DNA of 64,000 nucleotides from an uncultured Gammaproteobacteria bacterium (GCA_964635715.1 CAZWNZ010000001.1:344274-408273); one strand, 5' to 3'; numbered from the stretch's first letter, positions 18,229-35,898 are shown. Notes: generated by a model from the letters alone, not told the origin. Numbers and translations: made by a program.

Positions 18229-19192
18229 AGTTACGGCAGTTTCACCGGCAAATATTGCATTTATAAAGTATTGGGGAAAGCGAAATTCTAAGCTGAACAT
18301 TCCCTATAACGATTCCATTTCCATGAATTTGGATAGTTGCTTCACTAAAACGACAACTGAGTTTGATTCCAAACTAAATGAGGATAAGGTGTTTATCAGC
18401 GGGGAAAAAGTAATTGGAGAAAAAAAGGACAGGGTGGTCGGGATTCTTAATTTAATAAGAAAAATGGCAGGAATAAAAACTTTTGCCAGGGTGGAATCAG
18501 AAAATAATTTTCCAACTGGAGCAGGAATTGCATCTTCAGCCTCAGGATTTTCTGCACTTGCCCTTTCGGGGAGTAAAGCTGCAGGTTTAAAGCTAAGCCA
18601 AAAAGATCTCTCCAGATTGGCCAGAATGGGATCCGGCTCGGCTTGCCGCAGTATTTCTGCGGGTTTTTCCTACTGGAAGAAAGGTTCAAATGATAAAACT
18701 TCGTACGCTTTTCAGATTGCACCGCCCGATTTTTGGGATTTAAGAGATATTATTGCCGTGACTTCATCCAGCAGTAAAAAAACAAGTTCCACGGAAGGAC
18801 ATGGGCTTGCAACAACAAGTCCCTACTTTGAAAAAAGGATTCAGAGAATTGGAAAAAGAACCTCCGGACTTAAAAAAGCGTTGTTAAACAAAGATTTTGA
18901 AAAATTTGGCGAGCTTTTGGAGGAAGAAGCAATTGATCTCCATATAATGGCAATGACTTCGCATCCGCCCATATTTTACTGGAATAGCGGAACATTGAGC
19001 GTAATGCAAAAGATTTTTGAACTAAGGGAAAAGGGAACAGCTTGTTACTTTACGATGGATGCAGGACCAAATGTTCATATAATATGTCGAAAAAAGGATG
19101 AATCTGTTGTCCATAATGCCGTCAAAAAGCTGCCGCTTGTTCAAAAAATAATAATCAATAAAGCGGGAAAAGGAGCTAGAATAATAAAATGA
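18221..19192 (+). CDS. mvaD: Mevalonate (di)phosphate decarboxylase family protein
   Basis: N-terminus ANIAFIKYWGKRNSKLNIPYNDSISMNLD is the hallmark of the diphosphomevalonate decarboxylase family; a GHMP-type Ser-rich ATP loop is also present. Confidence 0.85.
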   Translation: MNKVTAVSPANIAFIKYWGKRNSKLNIPYNDSISMNLDSCFTKTTTEFDSKLNEDKVFISGEKVIGEKKDRVVGILNLIRKMAGIKTFARVESENNFPTGAGIASSASGFSALALSGSKAAGLKLSQKDLSRLARMGSGSACRSISAGFSYWKKGSNDKTSYAFQIAPPDFWDLRDIIAVTSSSSKKTSSTEGHGLATTSPYFEKRIQRIGKRTSGLKKALLNKDFEKFGELLEEEAIDLHIMAMTSHPPIFYWNSGTLSVMQKIFELREKGTACYFTMDAGPNVHIICRKKDESVVHNAVKKLPLVQKIIINKAGKGARIIK

Positions 19193-19980
19193 AGGAATTA
19201 ATATTAATTAAACTTGGTGGAAGCGTCATTACAGATAAAAGCAAGGAATATTTTGTCAGGGAGGAGAATATAACACGTCTTGTAAAGGAACTGAAATCTG
19301 CACTTAAATCTACAAACTTAAAAATTATCGTAGGGCATGGAGCAGGGAGCTTCGCCCATATCCCAGCGAAAAGATATAAAACCAAAGAGGGATTAATAAA
19401 TAAAAATAGTTTGTTTGGAGCAGCAGTAACTGAAGAAGCAGCTAAAATATTGAATGCAATTGTTGTCAAAAAATTTATTAACGAAAAAATGCCAGCTTAT
19501 TCATTTTCTCCAGGAACTTTTCTAATTTCCGATGCAAAAGTATATAGTAAATCATATATTGATCCGGTCAAAAAGGCACTTGAAATTGGATTTGTGCCTA
19601 TTGTCTATGGTGATGTTGTTTTAGATAGAAAGATTGGTTTTACCATATTTTCAACAGAAAAAGTTTTGGCAGTTTTTGCAAGGGAACTTAGTAAAGAATA
19701 CAAAATAAGAATGATTTATGTGACGGATGTTGATGGGGTTTTAGACAAGTCTAATAAAGTAATTCCGACAATTACAAGAAAAAACTTTGAAAGCTTGAAA
19801 CCTACTATTACCGGCGCAAAAGGTGTGGATATTACAGGCGGGATGCTTCACAAAGTTGAGGAGGCTTTGTTTTTGGCTGAAAAGTATAAAATTAAAACGC
19901 AGATTATTAATGGCTTAAAGTCAAAAGTTCTAATGAAGACAATATTGGGAAGTAAAGTTAACGGAACGGTAATCTTTTAG
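19189..19980 (+). CDS. ipk: Isopentenyl phosphate kinase (amino-acid-kinase fold)
   Basis: LILIKLGGSVITDK and IVGHGAGSFAH motifs of the IPK / amino-acid kinase family; start overlaps the upstream gene stop (translational coupling). Confidence 0.78.
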   Translation: MKELILIKLGGSVITDKSKEYFVREENITRLVKELKSALKSTNLKIIVGHGAGSFAHIPAKRYKTKEGLINKNSLFGAAVTEEAAKILNAIVVKKFINEKMPAYSFSPGTFLISDAKVYSKSYIDPVKKALEIGFVPIVYGDVVLDRKIGFTIFSTEKVLAVFARELSKEYKIRMIYVTDVDGVLDKSNKVIPTITRKNFESLKPTITGAKGVDITGGMLHKVEEALFLAEKYKIKTQIINGLKSKVLMKTILGSKVNGTVIF

Positions 19981-20327
19981 AAACAATCCGTATCCACAGT
20001 CATTATTTTTAGCCATAATTCCTCTGTTTTTGTAATTGCCATACCGGTTCTGGCTTTAATTCTAAGAGTCTCCTTCGCTTGTTCAATTTCTTCAGGCACG
20101 GGTTTTCCCCAGACAAACTCCCAAGCTATACCGTAAAGGGCAATATCTTCGCCCTGTTTTGGTAACGGATGACCTTCAATAAATTTCTCTATAGTCAAAC
20201 AATTCTGTGAATTGTACCCTACACCTTCAGGAATCGTGATGGGAGTACCCCAAAAATCGTGCTTATTCTGAATACTTTTGATCTCTGAACCAATTAAAGA
20301 TTCTAAAACTATCTCTTTTGGTTGCAT
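19977..20327 (-). CDS. Hypothetical protein (trimmed to internal Met)
   Basis: The track ORF 19977..20549 overlaps idi at its 5' end. The C-terminal 116 aa from MQPKEIV at 20327 are non-overlapping and of ordinary composition. Function unknown. Confidence 0.35.
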   Translation of the reverse strand: MQPKEIVLESLIGSEIKSIQNKHDFWGTPITIPEGVGYNSQNCLTIEKFIEGHPLPKQGEDIALYGIAWEFVWGKPVPEEIEQAKETLRIKARTGMAITKTEELWLKIMTVDTDCF

Positions 20328-20385
20328 GGGTGATATTATATCAAAGATTAGTACAAAAAATGATACACTTTTAGCTATTCGGTAA

Positions 20386-20898
20386 ATGTCAAAATCTGTT
20401 GTATTGGTTGATAAAGAGGATAAAGTAATTGGGTTTGGAGACAAACTGGAAACCCACAAAATCCCTGTCAAACTGCACAGGGCGATATCCGTACTGATTT
20501 TTGATAAAAGCAGAAGTAAAATGCTCATGACAAAAAGGGCAAAAAACAAACCTACGTGGGGTGGTTACTGGAGTAATGCGGTTTGTACTCATCCGTATCC
20601 GAACGAGACCTATTGGGTAGCAGCCGAAAGAAGACTTTTTGAGGAACTGGGCATAAAAACATCGTTAAAAGAAATCTTCGTTTTTAATTATGAAGCCAAA
20701 ATGAAGAACAGTAATTGGGGTGAGTGCGAATTAGACCATGTCTTTGAAGGATTTTATGAAGGCCAAATTAAGCCCAATCCGGCAGAGATATCAGATTACA
20801 AATGGATTGAGATGAATAAATTGAAAGAGGATATTGAAAATAACCTGGATAGCTACACTCCTTGGTTTCGTAGAATTGTAAGTAAGCTTTCAATTTAA
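20386..20898 (+). CDS. idi: Isopentenyl-diphosphate delta-isomerase, type 1 (Nudix fold)
   Basis: LHRAISVLIFD...LMTKRAKNKPTWGGYWSNAVCTHP...AAERRLFEELGI follows the type-1 IDI pattern (HRAFS...TNTCCSHP...RRL.EELGI). Confidence 0.85.
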   Translation: MSKSVVLVDKEDKVIGFGDKLETHKIPVKLHRAISVLIFDKSRSKMLMTKRAKNKPTWGGYWSNAVCTHPYPNETYWVAAERRLFEELGIKTSLKEIFVFNYEAKMKNSNWGECELDHVFEGFYEGQIKPNPAEISDYKWIEMNKLKEDIENNLDSYTPWFRRIVSKLSI

Positions 20899-20899
20899 T

Positions 20900-21781
20900 C
20901 TAATAATTTCGTTCCAAAATGAAGTCTGTCAATTCCACAAGCTGTTTCCTCGCTGGCTCTTGTGACAGAAAAGAAAGTTTTTTATTAAAGATCTCCTTGG
21001 CAAGATCTTTTTCTTTACTGGCGATTTTCTTAGTAAAACCTACTCCCTTTTGAGTTGCCAGAGTCGCCTTACCTTCCTTCCTGTCTTGGTCAATGTCTAA
21101 TATATCATCCACCAATTGAAAGCAACGCCCCAAATGCAGTCCAAATTCTGTAATTTTGTCAATTTGGGATCTCGTTGCATTTGCAGCAATTGCTCCGAGC
21201 CTCATGGGCCCTGCGATTGAATAATAACCGCTCTTGCCGTCAGCTATGAAGAAACAGTCATTTTCATTAACTTTAGAAATCGTCCCATCTGTCCACATTT
21301 GTTCAACTCCCTGGCCAAGAATTGTTCTCATTAGGATGCTGTAAAACTCTTGTTTAATTTTTTCTGATTTAAGATCGGTGATAATCTTCCACATAATCAT
21401 GCTGAGAGTATCACCTGCGTTTATCGCCATTTCATTTCCATATATCTTGTGGAGACATGGTTTACCACGTCTTTCGTCAGAATTATCTATTATGTCATCA
21501 TGAATTAATATCCAGTCTTCGGACAGCTGCATAGCTGCAGCAACATTTAATACTTTGCTTTTTTTTATTCCTAACGCCTCAGCAATCAACAAAACAAATG
21601 TGGGTCTCATATACTTACCTTTTCTTTCGGGATATTCTTTGTTTACTTTCCAAAAGAAATCAACCTCCTTTCTGTACCCCGACGGTATTTGAAATTGTAC
21701 AGGGTAGAGAGGATCTTCCAAATATTTCTCAATAACCGGCCAAACAAGTTTCTTTGTTTCCTCAAGTGTGTTTTGTACCAT
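20900..21781 (-). CDS. Trans-isoprenyl diphosphate synthase (FPP/GGPP synthase family)
   Basis: First Asp-rich motif LIHDDIIDNSDERRGKP and second motif VDDILD. Confidence 0.88.
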   Translation of the reverse strand: MVQNTLEETKKLVWPVIEKYLEDPLYPVQFQIPSGYRKEVDFFWKVNKEYPERKGKYMRPTFVLLIAEALGIKKSKVLNVAAAMQLSEDWILIHDDIIDNSDERRGKPCLHKIYGNEMAINAGDTLSMIMWKIITDLKSEKIKQEFYSILMRTILGQGVEQMWTDGTISKVNENDCFFIADGKSGYYSIAGPMRLGAIAANATRSQIDKITEFGLHLGRCFQLVDDILDIDQDRKEGKATLATQKGVGFTKKIASKEKDLAKEIFNKKLSFLSQEPARKQLVELTDFILERNY

Positions 21782-21806
21782 TGCTTTGTATTATAATATA
21801 CTCTAC

Positions 21807-23108
21807 ATGTCAGACAAAAATATTCTTCCTCAGGGAACCACAACACCTGACCACATAGCAATTATTCTTGATGGCAACAGGCGTTGGGCTAGATCCCGAG
21901 GATTACAGCCCTGGCAAGGGCATAAAGCCGGCTATGAAGCAGTCAAGAAACTGGCACTCGCTTCAAGGGAATTTGGGGTGCACACATTTACATTGTGGGC
22001 TTTTTCTACAGAGAACTGGGAAAGGTCGCAGGAGGAGATTAATGAACTCTTTAAACTGATGAGGCACGGACTTCTTGAGTTTGAAAAAGAGTGTCATAAA
22101 TACAATACAAGGCTAATTCATTTGGGGAGAAAGGACAGGTTCCCCAAAGAACTTTCCAAAGAGATTGTCAGGATAGAGAAAGAAACAGAAAAATATAAAG
22201 ACCATATTTTAAACCTAGCGCTTGATTACGGAGGGAGAGATGAAGTGATCCGAGCCGTTAAAAAGGTTGTTATTGACAAAATTCCTGCTGAAAAAATTAA
22301 TGGAGAACTCTTTGAAAGCTACCTAGACACAAAGGGACAGCCCTATCCAAACCCCGATCTCTTTATTAGAACTAGCGGAGAGCAAAGAACAAGCGGGCTT
22401 CTGCCTTGGCAAATGACTTACACTGAGTATTATTTCGCCCCCGAACATCTTCCGGATTTTACTCCGGGAAGACTGAAAGACGCAATTTTAGATTTTTCGA
22501 GGCGTAGAAGGAGGTTTGGTGGGAACGACAAGGAAAGTCATTTTGTTTTTGATCCCAAACTTACCGCCAAACTTGAACTTTCCTGGTGGAGACTTAGTAA
22601 AATTCCGGAAGGAGTGCGACTTAGAGACTATGCTGCGGACCATTTAATCGAACAGTACGGTATTTCCAAAAAGCTGGCAAAAGAAGCCGCGAAATACTTG
22701 ATTGAAGCTATCGTAGAAGAAAATGATGAAAAATGGGATAAGTCCAAGGAAAAAATGAAAGAGTTTTACCGTTTGATCAAAAGTGAGGTAAAACTTGCTT
22801 TCGAACCAAAAATTGTGGCTTCAATGGAGGTTGATTTTAATAAAAAAATGAAGGGTAAAGACACTTTCAAGGCGGCTTCCGATGCGGAGGAGCTGGCCTG
22901 TGAGCACTTGGCCGAAGTCTATAGAATTTCCCTTTTTCAGGCTGCCAAAGCCGCCAGACTTAGAGTTTTGGCTGGAGTTGAGAAAAATCTGGCTCTTTCC
23001 GCCCGTTCGACAGGCTCAGGATCTTCGAGATTTGCCGAGGAGCATTGGAATAGGGCAGAAGATTATCTTCAAAAGTATTATGCAGCTCTTAAGGAAAGGG
23101 TTGCCTAG
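21807..23108 (+). CDS. uppS: Undecaprenyl-diphosphate synthase (cis-prenyltransferase) with ~200-aa C-terminal extension
   Basis: HIAIILDGNRRWA, WAFSTENWERS and the DYGGRDE core motifs. The canonical enzyme is ~250 aa; this ORF is 434 aa from ATG 21807. TATAAT at 21789..21794 lies just upstream. Confidence 0.85.
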   Translation: MSDKNILPQGTTTPDHIAIILDGNRRWARSRGLQPWQGHKAGYEAVKKLALASREFGVHTFTLWAFSTENWERSQEEINELFKLMRHGLLEFEKECHKYNTRLIHLGRKDRFPKELSKEIVRIEKETEKYKDHILNLALDYGGRDEVIRAVKKVVIDKIPAEKINGELFESYLDTKGQPYPNPDLFIRTSGEQRTSGLLPWQMTYTEYYFAPEHLPDFTPGRLKDAILDFSRRRRRFGGNDKESHFVFDPKLTAKLELSWWRLSKIPEGVRLRDYAADHLIEQYGISKKLAKEAAKYLIEAIVEENDEKWDKSKEKMKEFYRLIKSEVKLAFEPKIVASMEVDFNKKMKGKDTFKAASDAEELACEHLAEVYRISLFQAAKAARLRVLAGVEKNLALSARSTGSGSSRFAEEHWNRAEDYLQKYYAALKERVA

Positions 23109-23198
23109 AAATAGTGCACAGCAAACTTCGCTTTTGTCCGAAACAAGCCGGTTTGCAGCGTACTGAAGGAACGCATGGCCTGACGACTACACTATGTT

Positions 23199-23906
23199 TT
23201 ATTTGTAGTTAGCCCCGATTATAATCAAAAGATCGGCTCCCTCCGGGGCAACTTCGCCATCGGGGAGTGATGTACTATCTGCGTCAATGATTGAAGCAAT
23301 TGAGGAGGAAACACTGTTCCCGGATTCCGTTAAACTTACTACAAGAGACTTTTGGTAATCATTCCTGGTGGCATTGTTTTTTGATATGACCTCGACGCTT
23401 GACAGTTGAGACTCAAGACTCTTTTCTGCCACTTGAGTGAGTCCTGTTGTGGTGGTTCCGTTATAAAGAGCGACTTTTACTGATTCGGTTTGAGTTTCTG
23501 AGCCTTCGTCGGTGCTTACAGGGGCGACGTTAACTATCAAATCTTTTCCTGGACTGTAAAGAATGGCAATACGGGATTTTGTGTAGATTACCACCTTATC
23601 TCCATTTTCAGCGTTGGCAAAGAACGGCTGATCCTTGAGTTTTTCTACATCAAGTACGGTGGCTATCGAAGGTTCCTCGTCTGAGGGTAGAAGCATTAAT
23701 TTTTTAAGTTTATTTAACAGTTCTTCAGACTCAGCTTTATTTGCAACATCCGGGTTCGAAAGCATTATTTTTGTCTTGTTGTATTGGTTATAAAAGTAAT
23801 AGGTTCCACCAAAACCTCCTAAAATGAGAATGGCTGTGACTATTAAAATAACTATCTTTGTAGAAAACTTAAACCTCGTTTTTTTATCCTTTTTGTCTTC
23901 TTCCAT
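23199..23906 (-). CDS. Membrane-anchored protein with LytR_C-like C-terminal domain
   Basis: N-terminal TM (IVILIVTAILILGGFGG); C-terminal VKVALYNGTTTTGLTQVAEKSL...SVEVISKNNATRNDYQKSLVV resembles the LytR C-terminal domain. Confidence 0.55.
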   Translation of the reverse strand: MEEDKKDKKTRFKFSTKIVILIVTAILILGGFGGTYYFYNQYNKTKIMLSNPDVANKAESEELLNKLKKLMLLPSDEEPSIATVLDVEKLKDQPFFANAENGDKVVIYTKSRIAILYSPGKDLIVNVAPVSTDEGSETQTESVKVALYNGTTTTGLTQVAEKSLESQLSSVEVISKNNATRNDYQKSLVVSLTESGNSVSSSIASIIDADSTSLPDGEVAPEGADLLIIIGANYK

Positions 23907-23944
23907 ATATCAATTTATAAATTATTTTTTATTAAAAGTCCACA

Positions 23945-29658
<5,714 letters not shown>

Positions 29659-29667
29659 ATCATTAAT

Positions 29668-30953
29668 ATGATTCATTCCTTTGAATTTTCTAAAGAAAAA
29701 ACAAAAGATGTTGGCAAAATAAATGCCATTAATGGCATTATGGTTAAAGTTGGTGGTTTTAAATTTGGAACTATCGGCGAAGGTGTAACTTTTGAAAACA
29801 ATATTCACGGAAGGATTGTTTCGATAAGTGAAGACTTATGTGAAGTAATGGTTTTTAATAAGAGGCCGATGAATATCGGGCAAAAAGCCGCCAGGACAGG
29901 GGAGCCTATCAGTATTTCTATAGGTAACGGACTTTTAACACACGTTATTAGTCCACTTGGTTATGTGATGGATGAAAGAAGAGATGAAAGTATCAGCCCT
30001 GAGTCGCGTTTTATTGATCAAAAACCCATAGGCATTTGCGGAAGAAAAAAAATAAATAAATTTTTGACCACGGGAGTGTCTATAGTTGATTTAATGGTTC
30101 CTATAGGTGAAGGGCAGAGAGAGCTGGTGATAGGAGATAGAAAAAGTGGTAAAAGCTATTTTCTTTTGTCGACAATAGTTACACAGGCACGTTCCGGAAA
30201 AATATGCGTAATTGCCTTAATTGGTAAAGAGAAAAGTGAGATTAAAGCTACTGAAGAACTTTTGGAGAAAGAAGGAGTAATAGATAAATGTGTTTTGGTA
30301 GCTTCTGCATCGCATGATTCTGCGGGAGAGATATTTTTGACACCATACACCGCAATGTCAGTAGCTGAGTATTTTCGCGATCAAGGCAAGAATACCGTTG
30401 TTATTCTTGATGACATGACCACTCATGCAAAGTATTATCGTGAATGGGCACTTCTTTCAGGACGTTTCCCTGGCAGAGAAAGCTATCCCGGAGATATTTT
30501 TCATATACAATCACAAATCATTGAAAGAGCTGGAAATTTTCTGATTGACGGAAAAGAAGTGTCAATAACACTTTTACCGGTAGCAGAGACATTGGAATCG
30601 GATTTAACCGGATATATACAAACAAATCTTATGAGCATGACTGACGGCCACATCTTTTTTGATAGCAACTTGTTTTTTAAAGGGATAAGACCGGCTGTAA
30701 ATATTTTTCTGTCTGTTACCCGTGTTGGCAGGCAAACACAGCCTCAAAAAATGAAGGAAATTTCCTCAGAAGTTATTAAAATATTAAAAAGAAAGGAAAG
30801 TTTAGAGAGATTTTTGAAATTCGGACCGGAGGTTACAGAAGAAGTAAAGAGAATTTTGAATACGGGGGATGCTATCTGGAATTTCTTTAGTCAAAATACA
30901 TATGGTGGGGTTTCTGTTTCAGATCAAGTTAAAGAAATTGAAAAAATACTAAA

Positions 30954-30957
<4 letters not shown>
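29668..30957 (+). CDS. atpA: F1-ATPase alpha-subunit-like protein (shortened C-terminal domain)
   Basis: Walker A GDRKSGKS (canonical alpha GDRQTGKT). FPGRESYPGDIFHIQSQIIERA and TNLMSMTDGHIFFDSNLFFKGIRPAVNIFLSVTRVG match conserved alpha segments. 429 aa versus ~500. Confidence 0.85.
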
Positions 30958-33178
<2,221 letters not shown>

Positions 33179-33180
33179 TC

Positions 33181-33438
33181 TTGCTATTTGTTATGAATAC
33201 CATTCAGGCTCTTATCAGAAACAAAAACGGGATAGTTTTTGAAGGTAATGTTTTTGCCGTCTCTTCGACTAATGATGTTGGACCCTTTGATATACTTCCC
33301 GGTCATGCAAATTTTATCTGTATTATTAAAAATAAATTAATCATTCATCATTCAAAGATAAAAAAAGAAGAGATGGACGTGGATAGTGGAATTTTAAGAG
33401 TAAAAGATAACAAAATTGAAATATATTTAGGAATATAA
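33181..33438 (+). CDS. atpC: F1-ATPase epsilon-subunit-like protein, N-terminal beta-sandwich only
   Basis: VFEGNVFAVSSTNDVGPFDILPGHANFICIIK matches the epsilon N-domain (..PGSEGELGILPGHAPLLT..). 85 aa; the C-terminal helical domain is absent. Confidence 0.6.
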   Translation: MLFVMNTIQALIRNKNGIVFEGNVFAVSSTNDVGPFDILPGHANFICIIKNKLIIHHSKIKKEEMDVDSGILRVKDNKIEIYLGI

Positions 33439-33653
33439 GTTCATAATTTTCTTCTCAAAGCCCTGCATGATGGGGAAGTGGTAATTATCAAACAATCTCC
33501 GTGACGCTCAGGATCTGCGTGGCATACAATGCCCCTTGACAGACTTGTACTCCTTCGATATATTCTGCATTAGATAGATCGATGTTAGGCACACGACTAG
33601 AATAAAGTATTACGTATTACGTATAAAGTATATCAATAAAGCATAATACATAA

Positions 33654-33666
33654 TTCGTGATTCACG
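33654..33666. promoter_or_regulatory. Palindrome TCGTGA-T-TCACGA 10 nt upstream of the HTH gene start; sigma70-like TTGACA-17nt-TATATT at about 33537..33565
   Basis: Both read directly; candidate autoregulatory operator and promoter. Confidence 0.4.
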
Positions 33667-33676
33667 ATTCAATTCA

Positions 33677-33895
33677 ATGAACGACAATACAAAGAAAAAA
33701 CTTAGGCTAGAGGATCTTCCGGATTTACTCACTGTTCGCGAAGTCAGCGATTTACTTCGCGTCTCACCTTTAACCATCAAGAGATGGGGAAAGAGAGGAA
33801 AACTTCCGGCTATTCGCATTAACTCCCGCGGGGACAGGCGCTATAAGAAAGAGGCAGTTTTGTGGCTTCTAGGTATGCAAAGCAAAGAGGAATAA
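33677..33895 (+). CDS. Excisionase-family / MerR-like helix-turn-helix DNA-binding protein
   Basis: 72 aa; LTVREVSDLLRVSPLTIKRWGKRGKLPAIRI matches the HTH_17/excisionase DNA-binding motif and resembles the N-terminus of the giant surface protein. Confidence 0.7.
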   Translation: MNDNTKKKLRLEDLPDLLTVREVSDLLRVSPLTIKRWGKRGKLPAIRINSRGDRRYKKEAVLWLLGMQSKEE

Positions 33896-33917
33896 CTTCA
33901 TAAATAAATTCCAATTT

Positions 33918-34003
33918 CAAATAAATACAAATAAATACCAATATCAAATTTTCAATTAGGCATTTGGCATTGAATTATTGGTAGTATTGGTACTTATTTT
34001 TTT
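33918..34003. repeat. AT-rich palindromic element of the AATAAATACCAAT family; likely bidirectional terminator between convergent genes
   Basis: caaataaatacaaataaataccaatatc ... attattggtagtattggtacttattttttt. The arms are inverted complements and a T-run follows. Confidence 0.6.
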
Positions 34004-35762
34004 AGTCCAGCTTGATTTGTAGATTCCAGAAATGAGAATAAAGTGAGTCCTTTTTCTTGAGCAGGCTTTCGTGATTCCCAATTTCCATTATTTTTCCATG
34101 TTCCATCACCACAATTTTATCTGCTCTGGCAATGGTTGATAGTCTGTGGGCAACAATAATGGTAGTTTTACCGGCACGAGCCTTCCAGAATGCGTCCTGA
34201 ATCAACTTTTCGGATTCAGAATCAAGCTGGCTTGTTGCTTCGTCAAAAATGACAATGTCAGGATCAGATAAAATCATGCGGGCAATGGCTAATCTTTGCT
34301 TCTGACCGCCGGAAAGTTTTACTCCGCGTTCACCAACCTCAGTCTCATATTTTTTAGGCAAGCTTTGAATAAATTTATCAATATTGGCAATTTTGGCGGC
34401 ATCGCGGACTTTTGAAAATGTGGGTTCTTTCTCAGATCCACCTTTCAAGGTCCGACCTTTAAAGCCGTAACCGATGTTGTACGCAATAGTATTATTAAAC
34501 AGGATCGGTTCTTGAGGGACCATACCTATAAATCCTCTCAAATCACTTTTTGTAAAATCTTTGATATTGATGCCGTCAATACTAATTTCTCCTGAAACTA
34601 AATCGAAAAATCTCATCAAAAGCTTAACAAGAGTAGTTTTGCCGGATCCGCTTCGGCCAACGAGTGCTACAGACTGTCCTTGTTCAATTTTCAAGTCAAA
34701 ATCGCTAATCGCATTTTTTACTCTGTTTTTATATGCGAAATTAACAGTCTTAAAGTCAATTTCACCATATACATGATCAATTTTTACGGGTTTTTCAGGA
34801 TCCAAAACTTCGATATCTTCATCCAACAATCCAAAGTATTTTTCTAAATCGGCATAGTTTTTGGCGATATTTCTGGTACTCCAGACAAGGTTCCAAATTT
34901 TGGGGAAAAACATTCCAATAAAGCTTATTATCAAAACAAAATCACCAACTTTAAGATTCCCAAATACAGATAACCTGAGCATTAAAAACATGATGGCAAA
35001 AACACTTATATTGATTAAAAGTCCGATGATTATATCGATAAGCCTAAAGGAATTAGCATACCCCCAAAGAGATTCTGTCCAGGGTTTAAAAGCATTTGCT
35101 AGCCTCGTGCTTTCCCATTTTTCTTTAGCAAAAAGCTTAACCGTTTCATAGTTGATCATGTTGTCCGTGATAATTCCCGAAACATTATCTTCTTCATCGT
35201 TGAACACATTTCTTTTTTCTACATTGTTTCTTATCAAGATTTTGGTGGAAATAAAGGTCAAAATGAGGGCAACAGACATAAAAATAACCAGCCAAAGATT
35301 AATTTGGCCAAAAAAGATAAGCATAGTAATAGTAGTTACAATTACTCCGATTATGTTAAAGTGGATTGTGTGAAAAAGATCAAAGAAAGCCCCATCTCCA
35401 CGCTTAAAGGCGGAAATCATACTCCCCGTTGATTTATTTGAATGAAAACTAAAATCCAATTCCTGAACATGCTTAAAAATATCAATACGAACATCGCGGG
35501 CGGCGTCCAAAAGTACAATATCTCCAAACCACGCACTTGCAACATCTGTAACCAAAGATCCCATAACTACCGCTATATAAATTAAAAGTATATTTATCAA
35601 AGCCTGATAATTTAGTCCCGGTATTTCATTTACAAAAAGTTTTAAGAAATAGGGCATTATGCTTTGGAGAACGGCTGTTGCTACGATGCAGACAATAGTT
35701 AATCCGTAAATTAACTTTTTCTTTCCTATAAATCTGAAAAAAGTCTTTAATGTTTTGACCAT
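34002..35762 (-). CDS. ABC exporter, fused permease + ATP-binding domains (MsbA/MdlB-like)
   Basis: Six-TM N-terminal half; NBD with Walker A GRSGSGKTT, signature LSGGQKQRLAIAR and Walker B IVIFDEATS. Confidence 0.9.
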   Translation of the reverse strand: MVKTLKTFFRFIGKKKLIYGLTIVCIVATAVLQSIMPYFLKLFVNEIPGLNYQALINILLIYIAVVMGSLVTDVASAWFGDIVLLDAARDVRIDIFKHVQELDFSFHSNKSTGSMISAFKRGDGAFFDLFHTIHFNIIGVIVTTITMLIFFGQINLWLVIFMSVALILTFISTKILIRNNVEKRNVFNDEEDNVSGIITDNMINYETVKLFAKEKWESTRLANAFKPWTESLWGYANSFRLIDIIIGLLINISVFAIMFLMLRLSVFGNLKVGDFVLIISFIGMFFPKIWNLVWSTRNIAKNYADLEKYFGLLDEDIEVLDPEKPVKIDHVYGEIDFKTVNFAYKNRVKNAISDFDLKIEQGQSVALVGRSGSGKTTLVKLLMRFFDLVSGEISIDGINIKDFTKSDLRGFIGMVPQEPILFNNTIAYNIGYGFKGRTLKGGSEKEPTFSKVRDAAKIANIDKFIQSLPKKYETEVGERGVKLSGGQKQRLAIARMILSDPDIVIFDEATSQLDSESEKLIQDAFWKARAGKTTIIVAHRLSTIARADKIVVMEHGKIMEIGNHESLLKKKDSLYSHFWNLQIKLD

Positions 35763-35889
35763 ATTTTTAACCGACGCAAGAAAAACCTCTTTAGAGATGG
35801 TATCTGCGGCGAACTTTGATTATAGGCTTAGGCTCAGTCTACATTCAAGAAGCAAAAAACACCTTCTCAGGGACTTTTTAGTTGAAATT

Positions 35890-35898
35890 TGATATAAT
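35890..35898 (+). promoter_or_regulatory. Extended -10 promoter element TGATATAAT upstream of the 7TM/ATP-grasp operon
   Basis: Read directly, 27 nt upstream of ATG 35925. Confidence 0.45.

Noticed and set aside
20328-20592. 5' portions of minus-strand ORFs 19977..20549 and 20389..20592 overlapping idi
   Set aside because: The overlap with a well-supported idi start and the hydrophobic low-complexity translation suggest these are not coding. Only the non-overlapping 3' part (19977..20327) is kept, as a low-confidence gene.
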